Positions 11,906 to 25,912 of a DNA stretch of 64,000 bases are shown here, piece after piece. The position numbers and the translations under genes were made by a program. The stretch's first letter is position 1; every line of letters starts with the position of its first letter. Origin of the DNA: Entomortierella parvispora E1425 (Eukaryota > Fungi > Mortierellomycota); NCBI GenBank assembly GCA_020891255.1, contig BQFW01000001.1, positions 62,001 through 126,000 on the forward strand, given 5' to 3'. The notes below the pieces were generated by a model. That model did no database searches and was not told the DNA's origin. It saw nothing but the letters and a program-made list of their open reading frames with translations.

Positions 11906-14900
11906 GAAAAATAGCGAAAGGAGCTAGCTGTAATTGAAAGGTGGGGAGGGTCAGGGGATTACAATTGCCGCCGGTGTCAGACTGTCTAAAAGGGAAACTA
12001 GAGTACAGACACACAAGGCGAGGAGGGAGGAGGTGTGGAGAGAACTCAATGCATGGAAGAATCGCCAGCGATATAGTTGAACACCAGAGTCATGTCCAAT
12101 AGTCGGAGAAAGATAGCACAATAGCAGCAAACCTTAGAACGAGGGGGGAAGTGCTTGGGGCACTGAGCAACGATCGCGCTCATGTCATTGGACAGCCGGC
12201 GGCTTTGGCGAGTGGATAGAATTGGCCCAAATGAATAGAAGCGGGATATATCCGGTGGTCACTGACAAAGTTACACCGCCAAACGGTCAAAAGAAGGCGA
12301 ACGGTGCCCACGACAAGGTTCGACGATTGCGGTCTATCCATGAACCATGTTTTTTTTCTCTGTGGTCAAAGTGGGGGGGGGGGGGATGCATAGTATAGAA
12401 GAGTAAACAGAAAAGCCACCCAAGAGCTGGTGATAAGGATAAGGACGTCGTCAATTTGCATGCACTGCATACTGTACCCCCTTTCAACTCTACTGCTCTA
12501 CCTTCCAGGCTTCTTGGTCTAATCGCCCTCAATATGGACATTGTTGTGTGTATGCTCTTGTTCACTAGCGCGCTGCTGATAAACCCTTCCCTTTTGAGCA
12601 ACAACCTGACTTGACCCCGATTGAACAAAGAAATGCAGGGTGTACACATTGTACATGGATACAATTTACATCGAGTAGCCCTCTCATTGGCGAGTGCCCG
12701 CTTGGGCAGCACGCGATAAGGAAAAACGGACGAAACAACACCTCTCCTTCACGCTGTCGAATGAGGACCGAGAGCCAGGCCTCAAGGTCGCAAAGAAGTT
12801 GTGGGGTTGGATCTCTCCTCCACATTTCAAACACCATTGCTGCGCCTAGTCCGTGGAAAACTTCAAAGATAAGGATTCAAAGTGCTGTACAACGTGGCCT
12901 TAGAAACTCATACATGAACATGTACTTTCTCCTGTGGAGAGATAAGCAAAAGGGCGCAATGTAGACACTCGCGCGTCCCCCAGATATTCACCCACGTCTT
13001 TTCATTCTCTCTCCTCTCCCTTCCTTTGCATGATCTTGTGGAGAACAATCGCCAAGCCCGCCCCCACATCTGATGTTTTTCTTCATGTTTTTCAATGAGA
13101 TAAGGGAGAGTTGTTGCTGCTGACAAGTAGACCACTGAACCATCAGGAGATGGCCATGCTCTCCATATCTCATCTTCAGCTTCCAAGAAAATAAAAAAAT
13201 GATAGTGATAATCCCATTGCCGATAGGGTCGCGTCCTCTTTCTTTGTAGGATCTCCCTTTCCCTGCCTAGATTTTTTTTTTTTTTTTTTTTTTTTGGTTC
13301 TAGGGAAAATCAGTTTCTCCACAACTTGGAACTTTGGACTTTGGAGACCAGCTCGCTCTTGTGTGGAGTCGTGAGACCCGCTCAGGTGGACAGGTATGAT
13401 GTACGCGCGGGGTCGTACCCAAGACTGAGACCCTGCATCTAAGCTCAATTTACACAGCACGCAGTAGGGGAGGGGAACCGTCTGGTATTGTAGACTAATA
13501 ATTAGCCGACATTGGCACCAGGCTTTGTAGGGTCCGATCCAAGCAACATTGTTCTAGTTAGCGACTAGCGTCATTCATTTCATTTCCTCCACGTTGTAGT
13601 CCTCTTTCTTTGACCTTTTGGTTCTTTTCCATTGGGAGCATTCCAAAGCCCAAAAAGAACGAGGGAAGGGAGGATCGGGCAATTGAACAGAAGGGGATTG
13701 ATAGTTCACACAAAGAACAGCAGGGGGCTGCTGGCAAAGGCAAAGGCACCCGTTGTGTACGACCCAGGGCATTTTATTCTCTGTGGCTGACCCAAAAAAA
13801 AACGCTCCCGCCGACACCAGATGGACCGAACAACAACAAAGAAGCAACGATGCGACGTCAGATCGTCAGACAGAAACAACAGAAGCACCTACTCAACTGT
13901 TACCTTGTCCACGGACACAGTTCGGACTGCCAGAAGAATCTGAAGAAGTGACAGAAGTGACACAGCACATAGTCATCCGTCCAAACCCCCCCGCCCTGCC
14001 CTCAAAAAGAAACTCGGGTCGTTCAAACTCAAAAGAGGCAAGGTTGGTCCAGATGCTGCTAATCGCAGCCAATCAGCGGCGAGGTGCACACAAGGTTCAA
14101 AATTCGCCCGGCGTGAGTTTGATCATCTGAGGTGTGCCAGAAGCCAGCTTTTTGTCCTTTTTGCTGAATTCAATTCTCCGTGCCGCCCTTCAGCCCTGTG
14201 GCCCAACTGGCTTTGCTTCCCTGGCCCTCGGTTCACATCAATGGTGCGACCCCTTTTTTGTGGTTCTTTTTTTTCTTTTCCTTCCTCGGCCCATGGCTGC
14301 ACGGCTCGCTTTGCCTGCTCTCCCCTGTTCGTTGCCTTTTTGGTAGAAGGAACAAAGAATGGCTCACTTCATGGCTCTCTTTCTCTCTCTGTCTGTTTCT
14401 CTTGGAACTGCAGTAGTCTGTTTGTGTGGCGTGGCTCTCGATGGATGACAGAGCAGACTACTTTTTGGACAAATATCCTCGTTAGCCTTTGTCCCTTGCT
14501 GATGTCACCAGATCCGGGCTTCTGAAGGAGGAACATTCAGCCTAATGTAGGTCCTTGGATAGAGTTATGACGATTAATAATGTCGTTCGGGTGGAGTGGC
14601 TTAAATATCTTTCCATCTTCTCCACCAGCAGGTGTTGGTGGCTGTGCTTCCTGGACACCGAAGGCGTTGGCGAACAGGATGTTCTGGTACCTGGAAGAAT
14701 AAATCACCAAGCTTTCGGATCCACAATGGCCGGGATGACCTTGTTGAACAATAGTCCCACTTGTAACGCCAATGGAGATGAGAACGCAAGGCTGCTATGT
14801 AGATGACCACGAAGGAGATGGTACGCCTGCCGTATCCAGAACAGCCGACCAAAGCCGTCCCATTGCTGCAGGTCAATGTCAAAGAGCCCTTCGCAACAAA

Positions 14901-15726
14901 ATAAATCTCGCAGAAAAAGCACGCGTCGTCTTTTGTTTGTCGTCAAGATGGAAGGATCGGGGATTCAGATGCTTTGATGGTTAACATCTCCGTCATTGGT
15001 GTCCAAGGTTGTTCCTTGGACAAACAGGAACCGGAGGCGGAAGCGGGGAGTTTCTAGGCTTTGGCGGTAATAACGGACATGGCTGACTTCAAAAAAAAAC
15101 GTGAGTTATCATCATTTATAATTTTACATGCATGCCTGCTGTCTGCTTGGTTTCTAATTCTACCCCAGAGGATATATAATACCGGATTGTAAAAATAAAA
15201 CGATGGATCATCTGCATCCCCAGCCCGCCCGAGCATGGAGGTGTACAGTTACGGTACTCTAATTCATAGGGGCTGCCGACTCGGGTTCAACTTTTTGGGA
15301 TTACTGTATTTTTTTTTTTGATCTCGCGGAGAGCTAATCCCTTTCACAAATGTCCGCGTGGTTCTAGATCAAGTTAGGGCCTGATGGCGGTATATACCGC
15401 CGCCACGTAAATACCGCGTCGATGAGGTCAGCTACAAATAGCAACTACCACGCCACGCGCTCGCCCATTTGTTGCACGAGAATGTTTGTTCGTCTAGCTA
15501 GTTTTCACATGAGATCGGTCTTTGGCTCCGAGATTAGTAATGCTCTATGCTCTCTGGCCGCCGTTCAAGTTGTATGAATTACAATGACTAGTAAAGAGCA
15601 AAAAAGTGAGTAGACTCCACTGTGACCAAAGAGTCGCCCTTTCCCTTGTATATATAGAGACCGGTCGACGACTCCATCTTTACAGCCATCAACAAAAAGA
15701 GAAGAGACAAAGAAAAGAAAGAGTGT

Positions 15727-17391
15727 TTATTGGACGAATTTGGATGAGGGATCTTCGACCGCAATATTGTTATCATTGAGATACTTTTTCAATCGATCGC
15801 GAGTGGACGGCAGGTGGGACAGACTGGATTGAACTCGTTTCAACTCTGGCCAGTTCCTGACCATCCACTCCACATCAGCCAGCTCCATTCCTCGGTCCAA
15901 ATATGCATGAGAGAGCGAACACAGCTTTGTCAGACTTTCCAAGGCATCCATGCCCGCTCTCAATGTGAGATCCAAGCCTCTGTAAGTGGGTGACAAGTTC
16001 GCTCTGTTAACCTGATGCAAAGAGAGCGTCCGAAGTTGAGTCAAGGTCGAGAGTCTCTGAAAGACGGTGCGTTGGATGGAATGAAAGACGGCCTCAGATT
16101 GGTCTTGATCTTGACGTAGTGTCATGTCAATGTCGATGTAGAGCTCCCGTAGATTTCTGCAGATCCATTCTTGACCCTCGATAATATCCATAACCCTGAT
16201 GCGGCGGAAGCGTAGATACTCGAGCGCTGGCAAGCTGGATAGAATTTCTTGGGCGAGAGCACTGGACAGCCTTGTGCAAACCATTAGGTCGACGACTCTG
16301 AGAGTCTCGGGCCGAGTCCAAGTCTCCATGGGCCTCGTTCGCGCAACAAAGTCAATCGATAGCTTCACGGCAGCAAGAATATTATATTCAGTCTCGAACG
16401 ACTCGATCCTCTTACCCGCCTGACTGGATATAATCTGACGCCATTGCTCGTCCGAAAGATCTCTAAAGGCTCTGTTCCAGACCCAAACTTCTCGCAGTTG
16501 TGGCCACAGGTCCGGACCAGAGAACAGGGCCAGGCACTCATCCCCGCCTTCTTCCAAGAAAATTTTACATAGGTCCTGACAGTGTCCAAAGAGATGAATA
16601 TCTGGCAGATTTCTGTCATCGCAGCTGATCAGACTGAGCCCATAAAGTCTAGAAAGCGGAGCCCTCGGAAGCAAATCGGTGGTGGACGACGTGGACCCTG
16701 GAGAATCGGCTGCTATTAGTCTCCAGTCGGGTAGGACGCCATTTCTCCAAGTCAGCGTCTTGATCCGAGAGATCGCATTCCAAAAGAGAGTTGCATCCTG
16801 TTGTCGGATATTGCAAGACTTTAGCTCCAGTGTGTTCAAATGGACACATCCTCGGATCGCCTCCAAGATCGGAACCGTCATGACCTCTGAGAAAGAAGGG
16901 TGTATGATCAAGGTCCGAAGGGTGCATTGAGCGTCTTGAATCAGGCCCCGCCAACAGGACCACTGTGAGAGTGAGAGTAGTTGCGGGGGCCAGAGCGGGA
17001 TGGTTGGATTTCTTCTGGCCGTATCCAAATCGCGACTAGGGCGGGGTGTATATCCCAAAAGGGCCAAATAAGAGAGGCACCGGAATTCTAAGGACATGCC
17101 AGGGGGGAAGACAAAGTCTTTGACAGTGAGATCCAGGACCCAGTGCTGGTGCTCTTTAAGGTCAAGCATGGGCGGGCAGGGATCTGGGATCCCGGTTAGA
17201 CAGATGGTGTTGTACACAAACGGTGCAAAGGACGCGTGCCAATCGCGGTTCACGCAGGCGCAAGCGATGATTGAGCTGGAGTCGAGGTGCAGCGCGATAG
17301 ACCGGCGGATCTCCTCCATGCCTAGGGCACGGTCGCGGTGGGAGAGGGTGGTGGACAGCATGTCCGCAGTTGGGGTGGCAGCAGTGTCCAT
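15727..17391 (-). CDS. F-box-like / leucine-rich-repeat protein of the family expanded in Mortierellaceae; intronless
   Basis: N-terminal ALGMEEIRRSIALHLD...ACACVNRDWH.SF.PFVY F-box-like motif, LRR-like segments, and the family-typical C-terminal VFQRLSTLTQLRTLSL...GLDLTLRAGMDALESLTKL...MELADVEWMVRNWPELK. Confidence 0.8.
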   Translation of the reverse strand: MDTAATPTADMLSTTLSHRDRALGMEEIRRSIALHLDSSSIIACACVNRDWHASFAPFVYNTICLTGIPDPCPPMLDLKEHQHWVLDLTVKDFVFPPGMSLEFRCLSYLALLGYTPRPSRDLDTARRNPTIPLWPPQLLSLSQWSCWRGLIQDAQCTLRTLIIHPSFSEVMTVPILEAIRGCVHLNTLELKSCNIRQQDATLFWNAISRIKTLTWRNGVLPDWRLIAADSPGSTSSTTDLLPRAPLSRLYGLSLISCDDRNLPDIHLFGHCQDLCKIFLEEGGDECLALFSGPDLWPQLREVWVWNRAFRDLSDEQWRQIISSQAGKRIESFETEYNILAAVKLSIDFVARTRPMETWTRPETLRVVDLMVCTRLSSALAQEILSSLPALEYLRFRRIRVMDIIEGQEWICRNLRELYIDIDMTLRQDQDQSEAVFHSIQRTVFQRLSTLTQLRTLSLHQVNRANLSPTYRGLDLTLRAGMDALESLTKLCSLSHAYLDRGMELADVEWMVRNWPELKRVQSSLSHLPSTRDRLKKYLNDNNIAVEDPSSKFVQ

Positions 17392-17901
17392 ATGGGTGCG
17401 GCAGTGGGTGAATGTAGGTGAATAGACGCAATGGCGGTGATTAGAACAGGACTGAAGAAGGATGCACAGCGCACAAAGAAAGGCACCATGGGGGTGACGC
17501 AGAGCGCACGGTTTGCTGCGATCAATGCCAGATCCAGGGTGCTGGTCCCACTGCATGGGTCGAGTGAGCATGATGTCGGACAGACACAGCGATGACAGAC
17601 GAGACCGATGGACCGATGGACCGATGGAAGAAAGAACAGCATGCATAGCATATGCATGCCACGCAATGCTATGTATGCACCTTTGTCTCCCTCACTTCCT
17701 TCCTCCCTCCCTGCATTGCTTCGCCTTTTGCTCCTTCTTCCCATCCCTTTCTGGTTTTCTTTCTCCTCGTCTTTTTTCTTTTCTTCGCTTCTCTCCCTTC
17801 TCTCCTCTTGTTCCATTCCATTCCATTCTTTCATTCTTTCATTCTTTCATTTCATTTCCTTCTCCTTCTCTTCATCCCATCCCTTGACTCCCATTCTTGA
17901 C

Positions 17902-20626
17902 ATGGCCACTCCTCCCGTCTCCCGTGAGGCCCAGGCTAATGCCACTCTGCGCAATCTGCAGAACAAGCGACCCGTTCCCCAGATCGACTTTACAGTCCAT
18001 ACCATGGACGATGGCACCCAGGCATCCACTGTCGAGCGATTCAACAAAGGTTTGTGCTCTCGTCCGCTGCTCTCTGCTTTGCTCTGCTTTGCTCCGCTCT
18101 GCTCTGCGTCGAAGTCGTTCGTCTCCGTGTTCGTTCCAACGCAACGCGGCCAACGCGTCCGTTGTCCATGATCCTGGTCCGCGCTAACCCTGCCCCAATG
18201 ACTTTCTTGATTGACTGTCTATAGACGTCCAGGCTCCGGCGGTTTCCATCCCCACAAACGACATGTTCTTCTCAAAGACACACCCCGACAGACCTGACGT
18301 CAACTTTTTGCGCAACCACTTTTTCCGTGAAGGACGACTCTCGGAGGAACAGGCCATTTATATTCTCCAGAAGGGAACGGATGTCCTCAGGAAAGAGCCC
18401 AACCTGCTCGAGGTCGATGCGCCCATGACCAGTAAGTGGAGTTTTCGGCCCTTGTCAGTGGCTCGTTCTTTAAAGACAAGGATGCAGCCATGCGTGTGCT
18501 GGGGGGGGGGCAAAAAATGCCAGTAGCCTGGGCAACAACCACAAACAACATTCTGATCCCACGCACGTCCATGCTTTCAGCGCACGCGACCTATGAGCAC
18601 TAATTTTGTTTCTTTTCTCCGGATCGCAATTCCCGCCAATTCCCTACTACTTTACAGTCTGCGGCGATATTCATGGACAGTACTACGACCTCATGAAGCT
18701 GTTTGAGATTGGAGGAAACCCAGAGACGACACGCTACCTCTTCTTGGGAGACTATGTGGATCGTGGCTACTTTTCGATCGAGGTAAACAAGATGGCCATG
18801 GGATACATACTCTTTGGACATGGTGGATTGTCATTGACCTTGGAGCTACTATCCTTCTTCATCGTAGTGTGTCCTCTATCTCTGGACCCTCAAGATCTGG
18901 TTCCCCGACTCTATGTTTCTTTTGCGAGGCAACCACGAGTGTCGCCACTTGACAGACTACTTTACTTTCAAGACGGAATGTAAGTGTGGCTGCGCACGTT
19001 TGTCCCGAGGTCTGAGTCAGGTCTCTCTGACCCCATTTGCAATTTTGTTTGTCTCGCAACGCCATGACGTTTTTAGGCAAACACAAGTACTCTGAGAGAG
19101 TGTACGATGCCTGCATAGAATCGTTCTGCACTCTGCCCCTCGCCGCAGTGATGAACAAGCAATTTTTGTGTATTCATGGAGGACTTTCTCCCGAGCTCAA
19201 CACTCTGGATGACTTGAGACAGATCAACCGATTCAGGGAGCCCCCTACACATGGACTCATGGGTGATTTGCTTTGGGCGGATCCTTTGGAGGATTTTGGA
19301 CAGGAAAAATCAAACGAGTATTTTATCCACAACCATGTCCGAGGCTGCTCTTATTTCTTCAGGTATATTGTCGTATTTCCCTTTTTTTTTATGAATAGGA
19401 AGAGTGTCTGAAGCAGGAAGGTGAAAGAAAAAAAAAAGAAAACTAATCATTGTGTTTCTATATTTGTTCGTCATGTAGTTACCACGCAGCTTGTGCATTT
19501 TTGGAAAAGAACAACTTGTTGTCGATTATCCGAGCTCATGAGGCGCAGGATGCAGGATACCGCATGTACCGCAAGACCAAGACGACTGGATTTCCATCTG
19601 TCATGACCATTTTCTCTGCACCCAACTATCTTGATGTTTACAACAATAAGGGTAAGCCATAGCACAAGATATGACTTTTCATCACCTTAACAACGCCTGG
19701 CTAATTCTCAAGTGTTTTGATTCCCCATCGTAGCTGCGGTCATCAAGTACGAGAATAATGTCATGAACATTAGGTATGGACTGGTGTTTGCCCTCATCCG
19801 ACATTTTGACAGCTTCCCAGTAGTAATGTTTGCGTTTGTTAACATATTCCTCCCCATTCTTTGGACTCGTAGACAATTCAATGCTTCCCCTCACCCCTAC
19901 TGGCTTCCCAATTTCATGGATGTCTTTACTTGGTCGTTGCCTTTTGTCGGTGAAAAGAGTAGGTGCAAACGGATGATTTTTCATCTTCGTGCGGATCGCT
20001 CTCAGTCTGTCGACGATTTTCTCATCTTTTCTTTTCTTTATAATCTCTTTTCACCCACAGTCACGGACATGTTGTTGGCCATTTTGAATACTTGCAGCAA
20101 GGAAGAGTTGTTGGAGGATGAGGCCATCTTTTCAAATCTGGCGGACCAAACAAGTGGAGTGCATATGGCCGGATCCCCAACCTTGCCGGATGGAACCACA
20201 GCCGCCATTGCTGGCAGCGACGTGGAAATGGGCAGTGCGGACGAAAAGGAGGCCAACAGGAAGCGCATCCGACAAAAGATCTTGGCCATTGGTCGCATCT
20301 CCCGTGTCTTTTCGGTTCTGAGAACAGAATCCGAGTCCATCTCAGAGCTCAAGGATCTCATGGGCACGACCCGTTTGCCTTATGGATCCCTGGCCCTGGG
20401 TGCTGAGGGCTTGAAGAGGGCGATCCACTCGTTCGAGGATGCAAAGAGATCCGATCAAGAGAACGAGCGTCTGCCACCTACAAAGGAGGAGAAGGTCAAG
20501 GAGGAGCATGAAAAGATTTTGAAGGCCATCGACGAAGCCAGCCACACCCCGCAATCCGAGCTGGACGAGTTGACCGCCATGAAGATGGCCGAGGTCAAGA
20601 ATACGGCGGCTGCTTCATTGTCCTAG
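17902..20626 (+). CDS. CNA1: calcineurin catalytic subunit A (PP2B), multi-exon
   Basis: PPP motifs GDIHGQ, GDYVDRG, LRGNHE and SAPNYLD. Also the CnB-binding [23 protein letters not shown], calmodulin-binding [18 protein letters not shown] and autoinhibitory [16 protein letters not shown] segments. Confidence 0.97.
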
Positions 20627-20852
20627 TTGTCTACGGAGGGGGCAATCCTGATCAAGCCTCACTCACCACTCTCCGCTGCATCTTATTATATATTTCTTCC
20701 CTCCCTCTCTTTCATGATAAAACTTGTTTTATGTTTTTGGGGCATTTCCAGATGCTGTGCCAACAATGTTGCCCGTTTTGTCTGAAACTGGATGGGGATC
20801 AGGCGGACTGACCCCTTCTTTTTTATTTTTATTTTTAAATAACCAGCTGAAT

Positions 20853-23800
20853 TTATCCAAGATCGCATTGGAACCATTCGCCAGTGCCTTCTGCCACTCG
20901 GGTCTGGGCTCGGCTGCTGAGGTGCCTCTGTCGGATCTGCATCAGAGCCAGCTCCTCGATTTGAATCTGATACAAACTCTTCTTTTGGTGTCGAGCCTTC
21001 AGCAACATGTTTCTGTCCCGCAGTTGTTGGTTCTGAATGATGGCAAAGGAGGAGAGCGTCGAAGTCGAAGTCGAGGTCGGGGACGAGACTGGTCCGATCA
21101 GCGCTGACATGCCCGAGGCAGAGAGCGCGGTTGCGGTCGAGATGGGTCCTGTTGATTCAAAGGACGACGCATTGTTGGGCGCACGAGCGACAGAATCCCG
21201 GTTCTGATTCGAGTGGGAGTTCTGGTTCAGCGCAGGAAAGTCATGAGTCGACGAAGGTGAGGTCAGTAAAGGATCCGATCCAGAATTGGAACTGCCCTCA
21301 GACCTGGGGTACATTTGACTCTGATGTCGAGTGACTGCTCGCAGTGGTTCTGGGATGGCATCCATTCTCCAGGGGGCCTCTGTGAATGCTCGCTCCACTC
21401 CACTTGGACGTCTATAAAAGAAACGTAGGGGAGAGAGTTAGTTCAATATAAATGATCATTACGATTTCCTTAATCTTTAGCCACAAGAGACAGATCCATT
21501 CTTACAAGGTCTCCTTCACAGGCTTGGAGGTCGCCATGGCGACTCTTGGGACCTCTTTGGGCTGAGCTCGAAGCAAAGCGAGCTCACCCTGTTGAATATC
21601 CAAAAGCGAAGGCGTTCCCACAGGACTGCCGCTAACGATCTCAACTTCAGAAAATCCGCCCATACTGCTGCTCCTTCTCAGCAGTCCCGGCGAGTGTCCA
21701 TGCTCCGTCCGACTGCTATCCATGGCGCCACTAGGCACGACCTTTGCCCAGGCTACAGGTGAGGGAGAGCCCATCGAGTCCAGGGATGGCGATGACACTT
21801 CTGAATGCTGCTGTTGTTGTAAAAGTCGTCGACGCTCCTTTTGTGACAGCTTGGGTGCCTTGACTCCTGTCGATATTCCTGCGGAACTGTGTGATGACGC
21901 CAGACCTTGTTTCTGCTCCTGCTCCAAAATCTCTCTCAAGGATGGCTTAGGTGGCATGACCATCATGGCGGACGAAATTTCAGACGATGCTCCTCCCTCT
22001 GCCCCTGCTTGCGCCAATGAGGCGTTTCCAAGTCCCTCGGCAACATTCTCTATAGAATCGCGAGAGCGATCTTGCAGACCAGTGACTGGAGCCCAACTTG
22101 TTTTCCTGATGGGCGGCTGAGGGATGTCTCGCATTTCACTCGTATGTGCACTACTAGCAGAGAGTGTCGGCCAGTGGGAATGAGCATCTTTACTACCGGA
22201 AGCTTCAACTGTGCTTGGACCATGTCTGTCCGTTCGGATCTGCTCTGCGGATAGTGTACGAGTAGCCATTGCAGGAGCAGACGAAATTGTCGGAGTAATC
22301 GGCGTCGAGAGAGAAGAAGGTAAGACAGTTGCATTTTGTGATAGCTGCACAGACGGTTTACGAAGCTGCTGCCCAGGCGGAAAAGTCGGGGTCGACTCAC
22401 TCCTGAAGAGTGGGGTCAGTGGGCGGTAGTATTCTGTCCCATCCAGTGCTATTTTCTTCCGCATCTCTTCCACCGCAGCCTTGTCAGGAAGGTAGCCCCC
22501 TGATCGCACGAACGGCATGAGCGTGTCCTGTTTCTTGTTCAGAGCAGCCTCCAGCAACAAAAGGATCTCCTCATCTACATCATCCAGCCATCTAATGTTC
22601 GCGGGTGAAGTCAATATATAGATGTTAGCTTTCATGTTTCTTGAATGCGTAATGAGTGAAGTGAACCAGATGGTTCGAATCTTACCTCTGATCCAGAGCC
22701 ATCTCGAGGTTGTCGCAAAGATAATCCACACATGTTTTCTTGAGCGCATCGGCGGCATACATGAGCGCGATTTCCAAAAAGCTGACCACAGTCTTGGCTC
22801 GAACTGAGTGAAAGACACACGACGCATATTAGATACAAAGCTCAAGCCTCAACGTATGGGCAACGTTCAATGAATTACCTTGCTCGCCCAACACCTGTTC
22901 ACAGATCTCCTTCAATCGATCCATCAAGAACTCGTCTGCAATCTTGAGAACGCTTATGACAAGCTGAAGCAAATCATCCATCTCTTCTTTCTCTGCGGAT
23001 AGAAATAAGGTGGAAAGTATTAGCATCTAGTTTTCCAAGCTCATATCTCTATTAACGTTTACTCCAAGGCACGTTGACATACCGGCATTATTGAACATTT
23101 CTGGTCCGCAGTCCGTATAAATGTATTGCATTACGAGTGTCATTGATTCCAAATCTAGCTGGTCCATGTTGACTTCCAGGATCCTTCTATCGGGGTCGAC
23201 AAGGCCAGTATGTTTAGCAGGCAGACGACGAATGTCCTGTCGGTCTCGAGTCCACTCGTTTGTCCTGACAAGCATAGCGTTGAAGAACGGCGAGCGATGA
23301 CCTAGCACCATTTGGTGGGCCAATAAATGGTTGTCGTTTTTCAAGAGCAGCTTCACATCAAACAATCCCGCAAACAGTGCTGGGGATTCGATCACCTGCG
23401 CAAGATTGCTGAACAAGCTGGCGCTGCAAATGTGCGTGAAAGAGTACTGGAGTGCTGCCTGCAGCGTGGGTAAAGCCAACTCGAGAGCAAGATGATAGAG
23501 TTGCTGTCGTACTTTGGCAAAGTCTTGCTTTTTGGCATTTGGAAGGTCGAGAGCGTCCCAGATTGGATCAAATCGATCGCTATACAGGAATTGGAGTAGC
23601 AGCACCGCTGTTGTGAATTCCACGTCAAGGATGATGGTATAGAGTGGGCGGCCTGTGCCATCAAATTCCGTGGCTGGGACAACGGACACCAAAGAGCCAA
23701 CGGTGGTCTTGAGTCGGGGTGACTCCACAAAACATCTCCGGAAAACATGACTTCTAGATGCGAGAATGATCCGATGGGCTCCAATGGTTCGCTTCCCAGC

Positions 23801-25912
23801 TTGAATCTCTACATCAAAGAGATGGCTTCCTGACACTGACTTGTCAAAGTTCCCAGTCCTGGTAGACGAGTCTAAAAGCGGTATCAAGTCGTGGTCCCAA
23901 CTTAGCTCAAGATCCTGCCAGCCGCGCGTGCTGATCTTCCAAGGATTTGGTACAACCTTTTCCTCGTCGTCATCCTCGTCGTCTCCAATGTCTGCCTCCA
24001 CCTCGATACTTTCGCCCTGATTCTTTTCATTGTCCTGGTATATATGGAACTGCGACAAAGACTGTTCGAGATCTGCTCCCAAGGCTCCCGGCCGGACCGA
24101 TACGGGTGTCAAGGTTGGATCTGATCTGATAGCTGCCCATGCTCCACTTGGATTGGCATGGACCTGCACGATTTTATCCAAGTGAGGCACCCTATAAGAA
24201 TAAAAAGAAGGCAGCATTAGCAAAAACATTCTGAACGGTGGTTCATTTCATAGCATAACGGTGTTTCTGCAACATTTACCTCTGCCATTTCACATTTCGT
24301 CCCAATGAGGCACCTTTGTTGGTGCCGATATAAACATGTCCGCCTTTTGTCAACAAAATGACGGATCCGTTTTGGCCAAGTGCAAAGTCGATGGCCTGAG
24401 TTCTATCACCTCCATATGTCCATACTCTCCTTGGTCGGTCGGGCATGGCGATGGATAAGAACGGAATAGAGTGGTTTGAAGGCAAGGTCCCCAAAGTTAC
24501 ACTCGAGTCAACTTCAGGATAGCTCCAAACGTGAATGTCACCCCAGCCTGTCATCATCCCAAACTTGTTTTCAGAGCAAGAGATCTTCCGAGGACGATTC
24601 TCATTCACGACACGAGGATAGTTGAGCTCCGAGAATCCATCCGGATATGGGAAAAGCGAGAATGAGACTTTGTGGTATGCGTACTTGTAAAAGACCACGA
24701 CGTCGTTGGAGGACATTAAACATGCCGTTGCATTGTCTGAGGCAGCCACTTGCATAATCAATCCTGGAGGCATCGAGGCTACTTTTCGAGGGCCGAGCTG
24801 AATGTCGCCTTTCCTTTCATATCCAAGCTGTCCATAGTTGAATCCAAACGTATAAAGCTCAGTTTCGGTATGGACGACTGTATGCCATTTGGAAGCCGCC
24901 GCTCCTTTCACAAATAGCTTGGCAATGCTCAGTAGGACCCTCTTTGGTGAATACTGGATCGGGTCCTGTCCGTTTGGAGGAATCTCTAACGCATATCCGA
25001 GTTGCCCAAATTTGTTGTTTCCGAGTGTGTAGACCTCCCCTTTGCTGGTGACAAGAACTGTGTGGTCCCTTCCAAGGGCAGTTGTAACGACTGTTCCTGC
25101 TATGCCCGTAATAGGAAACGGACTCGCCTGCATCTTTCGATCCAAGCCGAGTCGTCCACTGGTTCCAAAACCCCAGACCTTGGCGCTCTGTCCTGCCTCG
25201 GACGTCGCCACGACAGTATGGAATTTGCTCATGGACAGCTGATAGAGGATCGATTTGGCAGCCTTGACCCTTGGGAATGTGATGACACTGGTCCGGTAAG
25301 GGAATCGAACGAGCTCTGGCATTTTTCGATCATCTCCGTCATTGTGACCCAGCGTAAAGTTGGAGTTGGAACCCCATGTGTAGAGAGCGTCGCCAGGGCA
25401 AGGACCTCTCTCCAGGATAACTGGTAGCGTGGCGTGACATACATCGAAGGGAGTATTCCTGTCCTTGTCCTAGAGTTTGCGCAGCAAGGGACCAAGAGAA
25501 GAGTGAGTCCGGATTGTTGATTTTTTTTTGTTGTTGTTGCATGCATCTAGTATCCTGTGAGCATGCTGACGACATATACCTCCAGTGCTATATTGATGTC
25601 CTTGTGCCGCAACAAAGCGAGGGCAATACGAAGATGTCCGAGATAAAGGGCCCTACAAAGACAACAAAGAGTACAGGGGAAAAAAATGATCTTTAGCTAT
25701 GCATTCAACCTTCCCATGGCAGACAGGTTGTAATGTAGCAATGAAACCATGAAATCCTACCGATGCAGAGCTGTCCATCCAGACTCTATATCCTTTTCGT
25801 TGACATTGATCTGGGGATGTTCCAGCAAACGGCAAACGAGCTGAAAGTTGTTGCCCGCGACTGCGCGATGCAGGGCCGTGGTTCCATTGTCGTCCTTGAG
25901 ATTGACATCCAT
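20853..25912 (-). CDS. ankyrin + RCC1-repeat + tandem BTB protein (IBTK / S. pombe Btb1-like), multi-exon
   Basis: Ankyrin (GTTALHRAV, D.ESGWTALHR), RCC1 repeats (YTWGSNSNFTLGH, GRLG, GNNKFGQLG, FGFNYGQLG), two BTB domains (AHRIILASRS..F; AHQMVLGHRSPFF) and a C-terminal SL.QIQ.EE motif. The start codon is uncertain. Confidence 0.87.

Noticed and set aside
12000-15700. Numerous 60-140 aa ORFs between the transporter and F-box genes
   Set aside because: No domain similarity, coding-like composition or consistent splice pattern. Treated as intergenic/regulatory DNA.
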